From a virus (Duplodnaviria; Caudoviricetes), in the IMG/VR virus record IMGVR_UViG_3300032225_000329, positions 342-64,341 of that record: a stretch of 64,000 bases of DNA; one strand, written 5' to 3'. Position 1 is the first letter of the stretch. Every line of letters starts with the position of its first letter. The translations under genes were made by a program, and so were the position numbers. This document shows, piece by piece, positions 42,858-53,054 of this stretch. Under the pieces are notes generated by a model. It made no database searches. It was not told the DNA's origin and saw nothing but the letters and a program-made list of their open reading frames with translations.

Positions 42858-43465
42858 TACTCTTCTCCTAAATGAAGTCCTGTCAGACTCTCGTCCGAAC
42901 CAATGTAACCTTTAACAAAGGTGTTAAACGAAATGCTAATACGTGTTCCATCGCCCTGTTTGGTCTGCACCATGTGCGTCAGATGCGACGGGAAAATAAT
43001 TAAATCGCCAGTACCTGTTTCATACCACCAGCTTTCTGAGTTGTGCGGGTTGTACTCAGCGGCAGGTATTTTGATTCTTTCGTAGCCGTCTTTGTAAAAA
43101 TAAATCTTGTCTGTTTCTCTATTTGCCTGTGGGTAAAACACACCGGAGATAATGCTGTTGGGGTGAGCATGCTTGTGATGATATTGACCCGGATCAGTAA
43201 AGTTAGCCCACGACTGCGTAATGTATGGCGTTACATCAAACTTAGGTGCATACACCGACTTAAAGTAATCCAACATAGCGTCTTCAATAAACTCACGAAT
43301 ATCTGTCATCTCAACAGACTTCAGAATCTTTCGATTCTCGCTAGTGGTATTACCTTCGTTTGGGTAACGCACTTGTTCTTTGATAAACAGCAATTCTTCT
43401 TCGGTCAGATCACGATCCAACTTAGAAAAACCAACGGCTGTGGGGAATAAGTTATGTATGTTCAT
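42857..43465 (-). CDS. Putative 2OG-Fe(II) oxygenase (TIGR02466-like)
   Basis: SWAN..PGQYHHKHAHPNSIISGVFY, LIIFPSHLTHMV, RISISFN. Confidence 0.88.
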   Translation of the reverse strand: MNIHNLFPTAVGFSKLDRDLTEEELLFIKEQVRYPNEGNTTSENRKILKSVEMTDIREFIEDAMLDYFKSVYAPKFDVTPYITQSWANFTDPGQYHHKHAHPNSIISGVFYPQANRETDKIYFYKDGYERIKIPAAEYNPHNSESWWYETGTGDLIIFPSHLTHMVQTKQGDGTRISISFNTFVKGYIGSDESLTGLHLGEE

Positions 43466-43719
43466 CCGTTCACCGCTTTGTCGTACATACGCTGTTGCCC
43501 AAGCATCTGTTCTTTTTGCTCTTCAGTCCAAATCGTATTAATACTGTCTTCAAACGCTTTTATCTTTTCCATTGTCTCTAGCACTTCTTCCATAGTCGGA
43601 CACGGACGTGGGTCTTCCCAACGTGTGAACATAGTGTTGCTTATCTCCCATTTAGCGCCGGGGCGCAGTAGGTGCATAGCTGTGTCGATACCGTAGAGTT
43701 GATAAATTTTTGTGTCCAT
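43462..43719 (-). CDS. Small tail-fibre-associated hypothetical protein
   Basis: LRPGAKWEI...W.DPRPCPTMEE pattern; position after the fibres. Confidence 0.65.
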   Translation of the reverse strand: MDTKIYQLYGIDTAMHLLRPGAKWEISNTMFTRWEDPRPCPTMEEVLETMEKIKAFEDSINTIWTEEQKEQMLGQQRMYDKAVNG

Positions 43720-43722
43720 AAA

Positions 43723-45423
43723 TTAGCTATAATTTAGTTTAAGAATAACTACGCCTGAACCGCCATTATATGCGCCTGCATATTGGCTACCACCACCGCC
43801 ACCTGTACCGGTATTAGCAGTTCCATTACTACCAACACTGCTAGGGCCACTACCACCAGCAGTTCCATTACCACCGTTAATACCTCCATTACCACCTAAA
43901 CCACGGTTGTTGTTGGAATAGCACCCACCGCCACCGCCAGAAGCATAAATTACTGACGAACCAGTAATAGAAGAAGCCATACCACTACCGCCTGCACCTG
44001 CTATTGGGCCTTGAACAACAGGAAGACCAACTGAACCGGCTCCGCCACCTCCGCCACCAGCATAATCAAAAGTGCCGCCAGAAGGGCTGTTTCCACCATC
44101 ATTTCCCTGCCCATAAGTACCTGCACCGCCAAGTGTTCCATTACCTGCACCGCCTCCAGAACCTCCAGTACCGCCATTACTTGGAGCAAGACCACTACCG
44201 TAACCACCGCCTAACGCAGTAATAGTGTAAAAACTAGAATTTGCACCGTTTGTTCCAGAAGTTCCTGTTCCAGTATTAGTACTTCCTGCACCGCCAGCGC
44301 CTACCGTGATTGTTGAACTGTTGCCAGCAGTTACAGCGTAAGCCGTTCCAGCTAAAAATCCACCGGCACCCGCACCTCCTCCGTGGCGCGAGCCGCCCCC
44401 ACCGCCACCAGCGACAACCAAGTAGTCCACGCTAACAACACCAGCAGGTATCGTATATGACTGTGTAGATGTAAAAGTAACAGAGCTAATAACAGGAGCC
44501 ACGTATCTGATGATGACTATACCGCTGCCGCCAGCCGCACCGTATGTATATGGAGCTGGGCCACTACCACCGCCACCTCCACCTCCGCCAGTATTTGCTG
44601 TGCCATTTGTAGAAGAAGGGGCGCTTGACCCATTAGAGCCAGTGCCTCCACCACCAGAACCGCCAGCGCCTCCATTACTTCCAGAGCCAGCCCAAGCTCC
44701 ACCGCCTCCACCACCTGCATAAGTTACAGATGATCCAGAAAGTGTAGAAGCAGTACCAGCGCCCCCAGCTCCACCATTACCGCCAGCGCCACCAGTACCT
44801 GCCGAGCCAACTGCACTAGCGCCACCTCCACCTCCGCCATCACCAGCACCACCGGGGTTACTTCCAGCGCCGCCATTACTACCTTGGCTTGGCGTAACAG
44901 ATGGCGTATTACCAGTGCCTCCTGTTGCACTACCACCAGAAGCTCCGCCTCCTGAACCGCCGCTAACACCAGCAAAAGCTGGGCCACCTCCACCTCCACC
45001 GCCTCCAGCGCCACCACCTGCTGACAATATGGAACTAAACGCAGAGACTGAACCATTATTCCCGCTGATATTTGAACCTGTTTGTGCCGCCCCCCCCGCT
45101 CCAACAGTTACAGCGTATGTAGTACCCGGAACAACAGTTAATCCTGTGCCAGTGCGAAATCCTCCAGCGCCGCCTCCGCCAGCGTGGTCTGCCCCGCCGC
45201 TACCACCACCAGCCACCACTAGATAATCTACTTGTGTAACGCCAACAGGTGCAGTCCAGTAGCCAGAAGCAGTAAAGCTAGTAGAAACAGTTGAGCCGAT
45301 ACCGGGCCAAACACCGCCCCTAATGGCTTGCAAGGCTTGTTGCAACGTCCACACACCTGACGCCTGCGTGGTTGATATTGTTACCGGAGCTTTTGTGATG
45401 ATCCGACCGGGATAATTACTCAT
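43723..45423 (-). CDS. Glycine-rich domain tail fibre 2
   Basis: Two tandem units, each xFTxSx..PxGVx.VDYLVVAGGG ... GGSGxVIxxY. Confidence 0.8.
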   Translation of the reverse strand: MSNYPGRIITKAPVTISTTQASGVWTLQQALQAIRGGVWPGIGSTVSTSFTASGYWTAPVGVTQVDYLVVAGGGSGGADHAGGGGAGGFRTGTGLTVVPGTTYAVTVGAGGAAQTGSNISGNNGSVSAFSSILSAGGGAGGGGGGGGPAFAGVSGGSGGGASGGSATGGTGNTPSVTPSQGSNGGAGSNPGGAGDGGGGGGASAVGSAGTGGAGGNGGAGGAGTASTLSGSSVTYAGGGGGGAWAGSGSNGGAGGSGGGGTGSNGSSAPSSTNGTANTGGGGGGGGSGPAPYTYGAAGGSGIVIIRYVAPVISSVTFTSTQSYTIPAGVVSVDYLVVAGGGGGGSRHGGGAGAGGFLAGTAYAVTAGNSSTITVGAGGAGSTNTGTGTSGTNGANSSFYTITALGGGYGSGLAPSNGGTGGSGGGAGNGTLGGAGTYGQGNDGGNSPSGGTFDYAGGGGGGAGSVGLPVVQGPIAGAGGSGMASSITGSSVIYASGGGGGCYSNNNRGLGGNGGINGGNGTAGGSGPSSVGSNGTANTGTGGGGGSQYAGAYNGGSGVVILKLNYS

Positions 45424-45431
45424 CGTTCACC

Positions 45432-47147
45432 CTATGCATTTAATTTAATGATGACAATACCGGAACCTCCGTTACCGCCACCTTCACCGTTATTACCGGG
45501 GCCTGTACCACCGCCACCACCACCGCCGGTTGCTGCAACACCGGGAAAGCCTTCGGCATCAGAAGTATTTAAACCCCCTGCACCGCCGCCGCCTAAACCT
45601 CCGGGGGAACCAGCACCACCAAAACCACCACCACCGCCTCCGCCAGCGTAGTAACGGCTTGTACCTAACATGTTATACGCAGTTCCATCGGCTCCAGTTC
45701 TACTTGTAGCAGCCGCAGAAGCACCACCACCACCGCCAGAAATACCGGTACCGCCTGTACCTGCGTACCCATTGTTTCCTTGCGATGGAGAAACCGACGG
45801 AGTATTGCCAGCGCCTCCGCTACCGCCCCAACCGCCTCCACCACCTGAGCCACCGGCTAATCCGGGAGTAAAGGGGCCAGCATAAGCGCCAGAACCACCC
45901 CCACCGCCTCCGGCAGAAGTTATGGTTGAAAAACCACTTCCTGCAATAGAAGAATCACCGCCATTTGTACCCTGATAACCATTGGTAGGAGAGCCTGCAG
46001 GGCCACCCGCGCCGCCGCCGCCAACAGTAATTGTGTAAGTTACCCCTGCGGTAACAGAAACACTTGTGCCACTTCTAAACCCGCCTGCTCCGCCGCCACC
46101 GGAACCTGTACCATAAGCAGCACTATTTGCTCCACCACCACCACCACCAGCAACAATCAAATAGTCAATTGATGTAACGCCTGCAGGCATTGTGTATGTT
46201 GTAGAGCTAGTGAAATATATAGGAGATGAAGCCCCACCTTTTTGCTGATATTTGAGAATAACTATGCCGGAGCCGCCAGCGCCTCCTGTAGATGGATTTG
46301 AGCCATAACCTTGACCGCCGCCACCTCCGCCGCTGTTTGGTAAACCCGCAATAGCAGGGCCAGCACTTCCTGATCCTGTAGTGCCATTACCTCCACCACC
46401 AAGACCACCGAATCCGGCTGAACCGGGAAGAGTCGCCCCGCCACCACCGCCGCCAGAATAATAAATACTAAAACCTGAAATGGACGAAGCAAGCCCATCA
46501 CCGCCATTTCCACCGGGGTAGGGTAAGTTATTTGAACCATCAGCGCCTGCTACGCCAGCTCCGCCACCGCCACCACCATTACCTACAGCAGATCCGGGAG
46601 GCCCAAATCCTCTCCCACCATTAGTTCCTTGTGCAGGACTTGTTGACGGTGTATTTCCTGTACCACCCGCAATATAACCACCACCATCTTGGTTTGCTCC
46701 ACCACCACCCGAACCACCATTACCAGCAGTAAGAGTTACTGACGCGCCAAAACCACCCCCTGTAGAGGTAATAGAAGCAGGAGAACCAAATATAGAATCA
46801 CTACCGGCAGTTCCGGGAGTATTCGGAGAAAAATAACCGCCAGCACCACCACCGCCCACGGTAATTGAATATGATGTTCCGGGCGTAACAGCTAATGCCG
46901 TACCGGTACGAAAACCTCCTGCACCGCCGCCACCTCCGCGAAATCCTCCACCGCCGCCAGCTCCGGCTACAACTAAATAATCTACAGATGTAACGCCAGC
47001 AGGGCACACCCACGTACCTGACGTGTAAAAAGTTTGCACAACTGTGTTAAAAACCGGATTAAGTCCAGTAAGTGTCCAAATAGCCGAACTAAGCGCTGTA
47101 GGCGCAGTAGCACTTATCCTTTGACCGGGATAACCATGAATTGCCAT
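45432..47147 (-). CDS. Glycine-rich domain tail fibre 1
   Basis: Same two-unit architecture; paralogue of 43723-45423. Confidence 0.8.
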   Translation of the reverse strand: MAIHGYPGQRISATAPTALSSAIWTLTGLNPVFNTVVQTFYTSGTWVCPAGVTSVDYLVVAGAGGGGGFRGGGGGAGGFRTGTALAVTPGTSYSITVGGGGAGGYFSPNTPGTAGSDSIFGSPASITSTGGGFGASVTLTAGNGGSGGGGANQDGGGYIAGGTGNTPSTSPAQGTNGGRGFGPPGSAVGNGGGGGGAGVAGADGSNNLPYPGGNGGDGLASSISGFSIYYSGGGGGGATLPGSAGFGGLGGGGNGTTGSGSAGPAIAGLPNSGGGGGGQGYGSNPSTGGAGGSGIVILKYQQKGGASSPIYFTSSTTYTMPAGVTSIDYLIVAGGGGGGANSAAYGTGSGGGGAGGFRSGTSVSVTAGVTYTITVGGGGAGGPAGSPTNGYQGTNGGDSSIAGSGFSTITSAGGGGGGSGAYAGPFTPGLAGGSGGGGGWGGSGGAGNTPSVSPSQGNNGYAGTGGTGISGGGGGASAAATSRTGADGTAYNMLGTSRYYAGGGGGGGFGGAGSPGGLGGGGAGGLNTSDAEGFPGVAATGGGGGGGTGPGNNGEGGGNGGSGIVIIKLNA

Positions 47148-47159
47148 AGCAACCCCTTA

Positions 47160-47558
47160 TTAAGACGATATTTCTTCGTAGCTTATTGAGTAGGTGATCC
47201 CACTAGCTGTACCAGATGTCACCGAAATACTCGTGCCTTCTTCTAAGTAAATCGCAGTGGTTTTATCCGTAACGATTAACGAAGCTAATGCAGGCACAGA
47301 GATTACGCTTGCGATTGGGTACGCTGTACCGCCAGCAGGAGCAGAGCCTTGAGCAACTGCGCCGTTCGTATACAGAGACACGGTAGCGTTTACAGCAGCG
47401 GAACCGTTTACGTTAGCGGCAACAATCTGGTTGATCTTTAAGACCTTGCCAGACGCAGCAGCGTTAGGTAACAGAACCACCGCAGAAGTACCGGATGGTG
47501 TGTAGTACGTTGTCTTACCATAGATGGTAGTGACGTTAACAATATTTGGGGCTGCCAT
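47160..47558 (-). CDS. Small virion/fibre-associated protein
   Basis: MAAPNIVNVTTIYGKT...IYLEEG..SYEEIS, beta-rich. Confidence 0.7.
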   Translation of the reverse strand: MAAPNIVNVTTIYGKTTYYTPSGTSAVVLLPNAAASGKVLKINQIVAANVNGSAAVNATVSLYTNGAVAQGSAPAGGTAYPIASVISVPALASLIVTDKTTAIYLEEGTSISVTSGTASGITYSISYEEISS

Positions 47559-47567
47559 GATTGCTCC

Positions 47568-48128
47568 TTAAAATCCAAAGATCATCGCCATAGCGATGGA
47601 TTTACCTGTTGTGATACCAGCAGTAGGGGTAGAGAAAGACAAAACTCCCGAACCGTTAGTAGTAAGAACTTGACCGTTTGTACCATCAGTAGTTGGTAGT
47701 TTATACGTCACTGTTGCTGATACTGGGATTGCGTTATATACCGGCACCACGTTAGTAGCGTTGTTAAACACAATTGCCGAAGAACTAGCAGGAATTACTA
47801 CGCCTGTACCAGAAGAGTTTTTAATCGTTACGGCATCAGCTAGGCCGTTGTTTACGATGTACTGTTTAGCAATCGCTGGGACGATTAAGTTACGCGCCGC
47901 GCCAGAAGTGCCGGTCAAGTTAAGACGTAGGGCACGAGCGCTCTGCGACGCATTAGTATCGGTAAGCGTTAGTGTTACATCAGCACTAGAAAACGCAACA
48001 TCCACTGTACCCGTAATAGCCTGTTGAATCGCAGTGCCGAGGTTAGTGTTAGTTGTAGCGCCCCATGTACCTGCTTGGTCACCCGTACCAATCAGTTCAA
48101 ATTTTAAATCGCTGTATGTACTTGCCAT
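47568..48128 (-). CDS. Tail fibre proximal/anchor protein
   Basis: MASTYS...GDQAGTWGATTNTN, GQVLTTNGSGVLSF, KSIAMAMIFG. Confidence 0.75.
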   Translation of the reverse strand: MASTYSDLKFELIGTGDQAGTWGATTNTNLGTAIQQAITGTVDVAFSSADVTLTLTDTNASQSARALRLNLTGTSGAARNLIVPAIAKQYIVNNGLADAVTIKNSSGTGVVIPASSSAIVFNNATNVVPVYNAIPVSATVTYKLPTTDGTNGQVLTTNGSGVLSFSTPTAGITTGKSIAMAMIFGF

Positions 48129-48137
48129 GATTCTTCC

Positions 48138-48923
48138 TTACTGATTAGTGTTTATGAGTGTCCAATTACCACTAACGTCTGTATTAATCGGTTCCCACAA
48201 TAGCCTTCTATTTACAACGTCCTGCGCACGAGCTGTTTCACTAGCATTTGCAAAAACCTGAGTCCTTGTATTGTCTTGCTCTGACGCGTTGCTTGTTTCT
48301 GATACTCTAACCGCAAAATTTGCTTTACCTGAAACAGTTTCCGACCCCGCTGCGTTTTCTATTACTGCCCCAAACGTGTTACGCACACCAACAACCGTAT
48401 TTGAAGCATTTACTGTCTCACTAACACGCGCTGTAATAGCAATGACACTAGAAGCGGTAGAAGACGCTTGCGTTGTCTCACTTACATTACTCTTAAACGT
48501 AGGTACAGCAGAAACAGTATTACTTACATTTGTTGTTTCAATTACTGAGCGGCTGTATTGCCTCCACCCAAGAACTGTCTCTGAAGCATTTACAGTATCA
48601 GTAATAGCGCCTTTAAACGTCGCTTTGCTACTAACAATACTACTTGCCGTTACGCCTTCTGAAATACTTGGCGAAAGATACAACGAACTATAAAAAGTAT
48701 CGCTGGCTCTCGCCGTTTCAGAAACAGAAACTCGAGTTGTACCTACTGCTGAAACAACATCAGAGGCTCTGACTAGCCCATCATTACCTAAGCCCCAACC
48801 ATCAGAACCCCATGCACCTATACCCCAACCAGCGTTGGTGACGAGCGGGTAGTAAACAGAGCAACCCCATGCCGCAGGAGTGCCCCAGCTTCCGCTACTA
48901 AATCCGCCATCGACGACAGCCAC
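48138..48923 (-). CDS. Virion protein with short S/E/T-rich repeats
   Basis: Recurrent (V/I)SETxxAS motifs; W/G-rich N-terminus; GTG start. Confidence 0.65.
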   Translation of the reverse strand: MAVVDGGFSSGSWGTPAAWGCSVYYPLVTNAGWGIGAWGSDGWGLGNDGLVRASDVVSAVGTTRVSVSETARASDTFYSSLYLSPSISEGVTASSIVSSKATFKGAITDTVNASETVLGWRQYSRSVIETTNVSNTVSAVPTFKSNVSETTQASSTASSVIAITARVSETVNASNTVVGVRNTFGAVIENAAGSETVSGKANFAVRVSETSNASEQDNTRTQVFANASETARAQDVVNRRLLWEPINTDVSGNWTLINTNQ

Positions 48924-48934
48924 TTAGTTTCCTA

Positions 48935-49525
48935 TTAGACCGCGTCAAGGTTAAACGTATAAGTAACAACCAAAACGTCGCCGCTCACAACAGCACGATC
49001 ACCGGGGGACTGAAAGTCCGAAGCCGAAAACAATATGCCTGAAGTACCCGACGCTACCGAGCAAAGGAAAGCGCCAGCAATCGTAGTAGTTGCATTCATA
49101 GTAAATGAAGCTGTATTCAACGAGTTAGTGATAACCGATGGGTCAGCCGTAGTAGCTGTACCAAACGTACAAGCTTTACGAGTACCAGCATAGTTAGTAT
49201 CTTCAGTCCAACCACCAGAACCTGTAGCGCCATGAGAAGTCAACGTATCACCGGCAGAGAATGTAGTACCCGAAGCTGGGCCAGTAATCAAACCTAAATA
49301 CCAAGCAGCGGTATACGATGTACCAACAAAATACTTGGCGTTCATGTCCTGCAAACCCTGATTAACCACTAGGTTAGGGCTTACTTCTTCCCATTTCAGG
49401 TTGCCATCTTTGTCGCGGCAGGTAACAGTAAAGACACCGCCAGCGGATGCGCCATGAACAAAATCAGACTTACGGATAACAGCGCCCGAAACCGAGTCGC
49501 TTGTTTTTGATATTTCAGTAGACAT
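48935..49525 (-). CDS. Virion structural protein
   Basis: NLVVNQG, WYLGL, SGILFSAS, GDVLVVTY; structural cluster. Confidence 0.7.
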   Translation of the reverse strand: MSTEISKTSDSVSGAVIRKSDFVHGASAGGVFTVTCRDKDGNLKWEEVSPNLVVNQGLQDMNAKYFVGTSYTAAWYLGLITGPASGTTFSAGDTLTSHGATGSGGWTEDTNYAGTRKACTFGTATTADPSVITNSLNTASFTMNATTTIAGAFLCSVASGTSGILFSASDFQSPGDRAVVSGDVLVVTYTFNLDAV

Positions 49526-49534
49526 GGTTACTCC

Positions 49535-49957
49535 TCAAGGAAAACGAATTAAAGCCGTCGTCGCCGAATTAGTTGGCATAGTAACGGTAAAAGTTTGATT
49601 AATACATGTTTTATCTGCACCAAAATCCAACACAGCTACAGAAGCATTGCTTTGCGATGCGTTATAAATCAGCGCCCCGCGTGTAGTAAAAGACGCATTC
49701 GTCCACACCGCATTACTAAAATTTATATACACAACCCCATCTGCGCTAGTGCTTATGGTCACACCAGATAAAGTTTTTCCACCTGCTGTATACCCTGTAC
49801 CTGTTATTTCATTTGTTGTCGCATACGCGGTTGTATTTGGGCCTAACGTGGCAAAACCTGTATACAACGCAATCTTCAAAGTATCCGACGACAAGTTCTG
49901 CTGGCCTTGAACCATTTGCTGTTTGAAGCTTGTCGTTAAACCCTGTGTAAAAGACAT
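49535..49957 (-). CDS. Virion structural protein
   Basis: TSFKQ...DTLKIALYT...GYTAGG...RGALIYN...VLDFGADK. Confidence 0.75.
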   Translation of the reverse strand: MSFTQGLTTSFKQQMVQGQQNLSSDTLKIALYTGFATLGPNTTAYATTNEITGTGYTAGGKTLSGVTISTSADGVVYINFSNAVWTNASFTTRGALIYNASQSNASVAVLDFGADKTCINQTFTVTMPTNSATTALIRFP

Positions 49958-50631
49958 TACGGATTAACCTTAATCTTTGCCTGACCGTCACGGTATGCAT
50001 CACCACGCTCAAGACCTGTACCCAGACGATTCAACTGCATCAACGAGTCATCAAATTTCTTCTGGTAATACAACATCATATCCTGCTCACCCTTCATATA
50101 GGTGTAGGCTTCTACCAACGCGCCGTATAACAAGACAGGATCGTAGTTATCACCCAACCATGTACGACCATCAGCAGCCACAGTAATTGACTCTGGGTAG
50201 TAATAATAGTGCAATTCAACGTCGTACTGCGCATCAGGCGTAGGAGCAACCATAAAGCTCAACTCATCTGAAACTACACCGCCAGCTACCGTTGGGCCAA
50301 ACAACGCATAATACTGTGGCACCCCTGTAGTAGTTGGGGTCGGGTACGCGGCGCGCAAAAAATTAACATCTTTGTTAAGTAAGTATTCAAATCGCCCAGT
50401 AGCATCTATCACTGCAAAAGAAAAGACCGATAGAAAATCAAGTGGGCAAGACAAATACTTATTGTTATTACTTACAATACCTGTGACGTTCTTACGCAGT
50501 GGAGGTATCTGCACTGAGTTGTATATACGAGTTTCAGCCTGAGTTACAAAGACAGGGATGTTGGTTATAAACTCCGTCTCGTAGTTCTCTGTGTACGACT
50601 TAATAGCTGCAACTAACTGTGTATACGTCAC
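49957..50631 (-). CDS. Putative head-tail adaptor/tail protein
   Basis: MTYTQLVAAIKSYTEN, LLNKDVNFLR, LLYGALVEA; positional. Confidence 0.6.
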   Translation of the reverse strand: MTYTQLVAAIKSYTENYETEFITNIPVFVTQAETRIYNSVQIPPLRKNVTGIVSNNNKYLSCPLDFLSVFSFAVIDATGRFEYLLNKDVNFLRAAYPTPTTTGVPQYYALFGPTVAGGVVSDELSFMVAPTPDAQYDVELHYYYYPESITVAADGRTWLGDNYDPVLLYGALVEAYTYMKGEQDMMLYYQKKFDDSLMQLNRLGTGLERGDAYRDGQAKIKVNP

Positions 50632-50641
50632 TACTATTCCT

Positions 50642-50905
50642 TTAAGCCATAGGGCCGCGAGCCATCAAACCTTTAGTAGCTGCACCGGTACCACGAATCT
50701 TAATGCCGTCAGTTTTAACAGGCTTAGTATTACCTTTACTGATGCCACCAATAGAAATATTAGCTACATCCATAGCTTTAGCGCCAGTAGTATAAGCAGA
50801 GTCAGCCTGAATGCTAGACGCTTTGCCCTTCATATCGTGAGGAGCTGCGTACGTAGGAGCTTGACCTACTTCTTTACCGCCACGCTTTTGGGAGAACTTA
50901 GCCAT
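50642..50905 (-). CDS. Small basic protein
   Basis: KTDGIKIRGTGAATKG C-terminus. Confidence 0.75.
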   Translation of the reverse strand: MAKFSQKRGGKEVGQAPTYAAPHDMKGKASSIQADSAYTTGAKAMDVANISIGGISKGNTKPVKTDGIKIRGTGAATKGLMARGPMA

Positions 50906-51057
50906 TATTTACCTCTTTGGTTCATAACGCGCGCCATATTGCGCCCAACTTTACGCATAGCTTCGCCTGTGACGCCGCCTTTTTTCATGCCATGTAAACG
51001 CTTTTCGTGGGCTTTAACTTCTTTGTCCGCGATGCGTTTGACTTGTTTAGTATCCAT
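50905..51057 (-). CDS. Small basic protein (50 aa)
   Basis: Hand translated MDTKQVKRIADKEVKAHEKRLHGMKKGGVTGEAMRKVGRNMARVMNQRGK; GGAG SD, TAATG overlap. Confidence 0.75.
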   Translation of the reverse strand: MDTKQVKRIADKEVKAHEKRLHGMKKGGVTGEAMRKVGRNMARVMNQRGK

Positions 51058-51065
51058 ATATACTC

Positions 51066-51479
51066 CTAAGTAATCGTGATAGTCACGGTTCCTACAACCC
51101 CTGCTGACGTAAGATAGTTTGGTGTAAGCCCATCATCATTTGCGCCCGCTCCGCCAATCGGTGCCCAACCCCACTGAAATACTCTACTACCGCCACCGGG
51201 GTCGCCAAAATCTGTGTTCAAAGTCAACTGCAATCCTGTATAACCAGACTGATAATAACTGGTATCTGGCCTTGGTTCCCGTAACGCTTGTGGGTCTTCT
51301 ACCGGATACATACCTAATTGTAACTGAGGCTGATCTGGTTCCCAACAAGTTGGGCATACCAATATGTTAACCTGCTTGGTCTTAATTGTCAGCTTCTTTA
51401 ATTCTTTTAGCTTGTAGCGAAACCCGCACCGATCACACTCGGATATAGCATTTTTACCACTAGCAAACTTATTACCCAT
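51066..51479 (-). CDS. Conserved C4 zinc-binding protein of the head-tail module
   Basis: ECDRCGFRY...LVCPTCWEPDQPQ. Confidence 0.75.
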   Translation of the reverse strand: MGNKFASGKNAISECDRCGFRYKLKELKKLTIKTKQVNILVCPTCWEPDQPQLQLGMYPVEDPQALREPRPDTSYYQSGYTGLQLTLNTDFGDPGGGSRVFQWGWAPIGGAGANDDGLTPNYLTSAGVVGTVTITIT

Positions 51480-51481
51480 AG

Positions 51482-52222
51482 TTAAATAAACGCCTGACGA
51501 GGAACAAACCTATCAGAAGCCTTTTCTCTATCTTCGCCCGCCGCTAATTCCCAAGCTTCGTCATACATAAGCTTTAACGCTTGGACCCGCATAGGCTCAA
51601 CTTCAGGGCGCTTAACCGCCATCATATAAGCCAACCCAGCGGTCATGCAATTTAAAAAACGGAACGGTATGTCAACTACGTTAGTGCCATCACCAGCATC
51701 AAAAATCCTACGCATCCGCCAATAATAAAATATGTAATACGGAGTCTGCGCTGTGCCTTGGTCTGGTGCAGGCCATACATTAATCTGCGGAGTAGCAACT
51801 GTTGCCGCTTCAGAACCACTTTTCTGGCCTGATTGTCTATTTACCCATACTTGAATTGGACGCCCTTGTGTCAGTTTATTAGGGATAGTCGAGTATGTAG
51901 ATACAGAAATACGGGTAATAGTAAGGTCAGTTTGGTTCGCGCTTTGTCCAGAATTTGTACGAATTACATGTTCAATTAAATCAACAGTATCAACAGGCAA
52001 GTCATACGTGGTAGTGCCTTGAACCAGATTAATAGAACCCTGCTCAATAGTCCACAGGTTAACCCCACGGTTAGCCCACTCAGCCAACATGAAGTTTAAG
52101 CTACGACGAATGGTACGAAAATCATAACCCGTGCGCAGTTCCAAGCCGCAACGCTCAAACGCCTCTTCGAATACTTCGTTGAGGTTAGGGTTAAAAGTGT
52201 TCGTATCTGTTGTGTAGGCCAT
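51482..52222 (-). CDS. Putative adaptor/tail tubular protein A
   Basis: EEAFERCG..RTGYD, NRGVNLWT, GRPIQVW, LAYMMAVKR; positional. Confidence 0.65.
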   Translation of the reverse strand: MAYTTDTNTFNPNLNEVFEEAFERCGLELRTGYDFRTIRRSLNFMLAEWANRGVNLWTIEQGSINLVQGTTTYDLPVDTVDLIEHVIRTNSGQSANQTDLTITRISVSTYSTIPNKLTQGRPIQVWVNRQSGQKSGSEAATVATPQINVWPAPDQGTAQTPYYIFYYWRMRRIFDAGDGTNVVDIPFRFLNCMTAGLAYMMAVKRPEVEPMRVQALKLMYDEAWELAAGEDREKASDRFVPRQAFI

Positions 52223-52623
52223 TACTTCTTCCTAGCTGCCCGCATGTTATCAACCAAATTTGGATATGGACGCCCCGCCGCTTTAGCCATAGCTTTAGCT
52301 GATGATTTTTTAGCAGGCGACATCTTCTTAGGCTTACCTAATCCAGCAGGACGTGGTTTATCCCACACCTCTCCGCCCTTTTTCTTGCCCGGCACCTTCG
52401 GCCCTAGCTCAATTTCTTTTTCTTTAGCCGCTTCTTTTTTATAGTGGGCTTCAGCATGCTCACGATTAACAATATTGTGGGTTGCCTTTGCTGCTTCTTT
52501 CCCAAAAGTTGTTAACCCGCCTTCAGCATACTGAGTAAAATCAGTATCATCCCGACGGGCGGTCTTCTTACCCTTTGGCATTTTGGAGGGGTTAATATCT
52601 CCCATACCGCGTGACGGCATCAT
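52222..52623 (-). CDS. Small basic protein with GG motifs
   Basis: MMPSRGMGDINPSK, YAEGG, KKKGG, RPYPNLVDNM. Confidence 0.75.
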   Translation of the reverse strand: MMPSRGMGDINPSKMPKGKKTARRDDTDFTQYAEGGLTTFGKEAAKATHNIVNREHAEAHYKKEAAKEKEIELGPKVPGKKKGGEVWDKPRPAGLGKPKKMSPAKKSSAKAMAKAAGRPYPNLVDNMRAARKK

Positions 52624-53054
52624 TAGCAGGCCCGTCCGCCTTTGTTCATCTTCTTAGGCATACCACCTTTTTTCAGGTCGTTGCTATTGCCAGCCATCTT
52701 AATCATGGTGCCTTTGGTTTTGCCTTTAGAAGCAACACCGTCACGGCTAGGGGCAGCGGTCTTAACAGCGCCCATCTTAGATGCAGTCATACCACCTTTT
52801 GCGTATTTCATCTCTTTTTCCTCATGTTTAATCATAGATTTAGGAGCGCCTTTGGCTTTCATAAAAGACACTTCTTTCTTAACCATACCCTTTGATTCTT
52901 CTTTCATTTCACCGCCTCCACTAAACTTTTTACCTTTGTCCGCTTTAGCGAACTCTTTACCTACAGACTGCTTAATGCCAACTTTCTTAGCAAAAGAAGG
53001 GTTATGAGCAATTGCTTCCATAAAATTGTGTTGCTTTTTAGATACGCTAGGCAT
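52623..53054 (-). CDS. Small basic protein with GG motifs
   Basis: MPSVSKKQHNFMEAIAHNP, YAKGG, SRDGVASKGKTKG, KKGG, NKGG. Confidence 0.8.
   Translation of the reverse strand: MPSVSKKQHNFMEAIAHNPSFAKKVGIKQSVGKEFAKADKGKKFSGGGEMKEESKGMVKKEVSFMKAKGAPKSMIKHEEKEMKYAKGGMTASKMGAVKTAAPSRDGVASKGKTKGTMIKMAGNSNDLKKGGMPKKMNKGGRAC

Noticed and set aside
43723-47147. Pro-rich plus-strand ORFs (e.g. 44510-44722, 44915-45226, 45448-45651) and a DGR-like target
   Set aside because: The ORFs are antisense shadows of GGN codon runs. No reverse transcriptase or template/variable repeat pair was seen. GG runs in these fibres were also excluded from the GG-motif finding.
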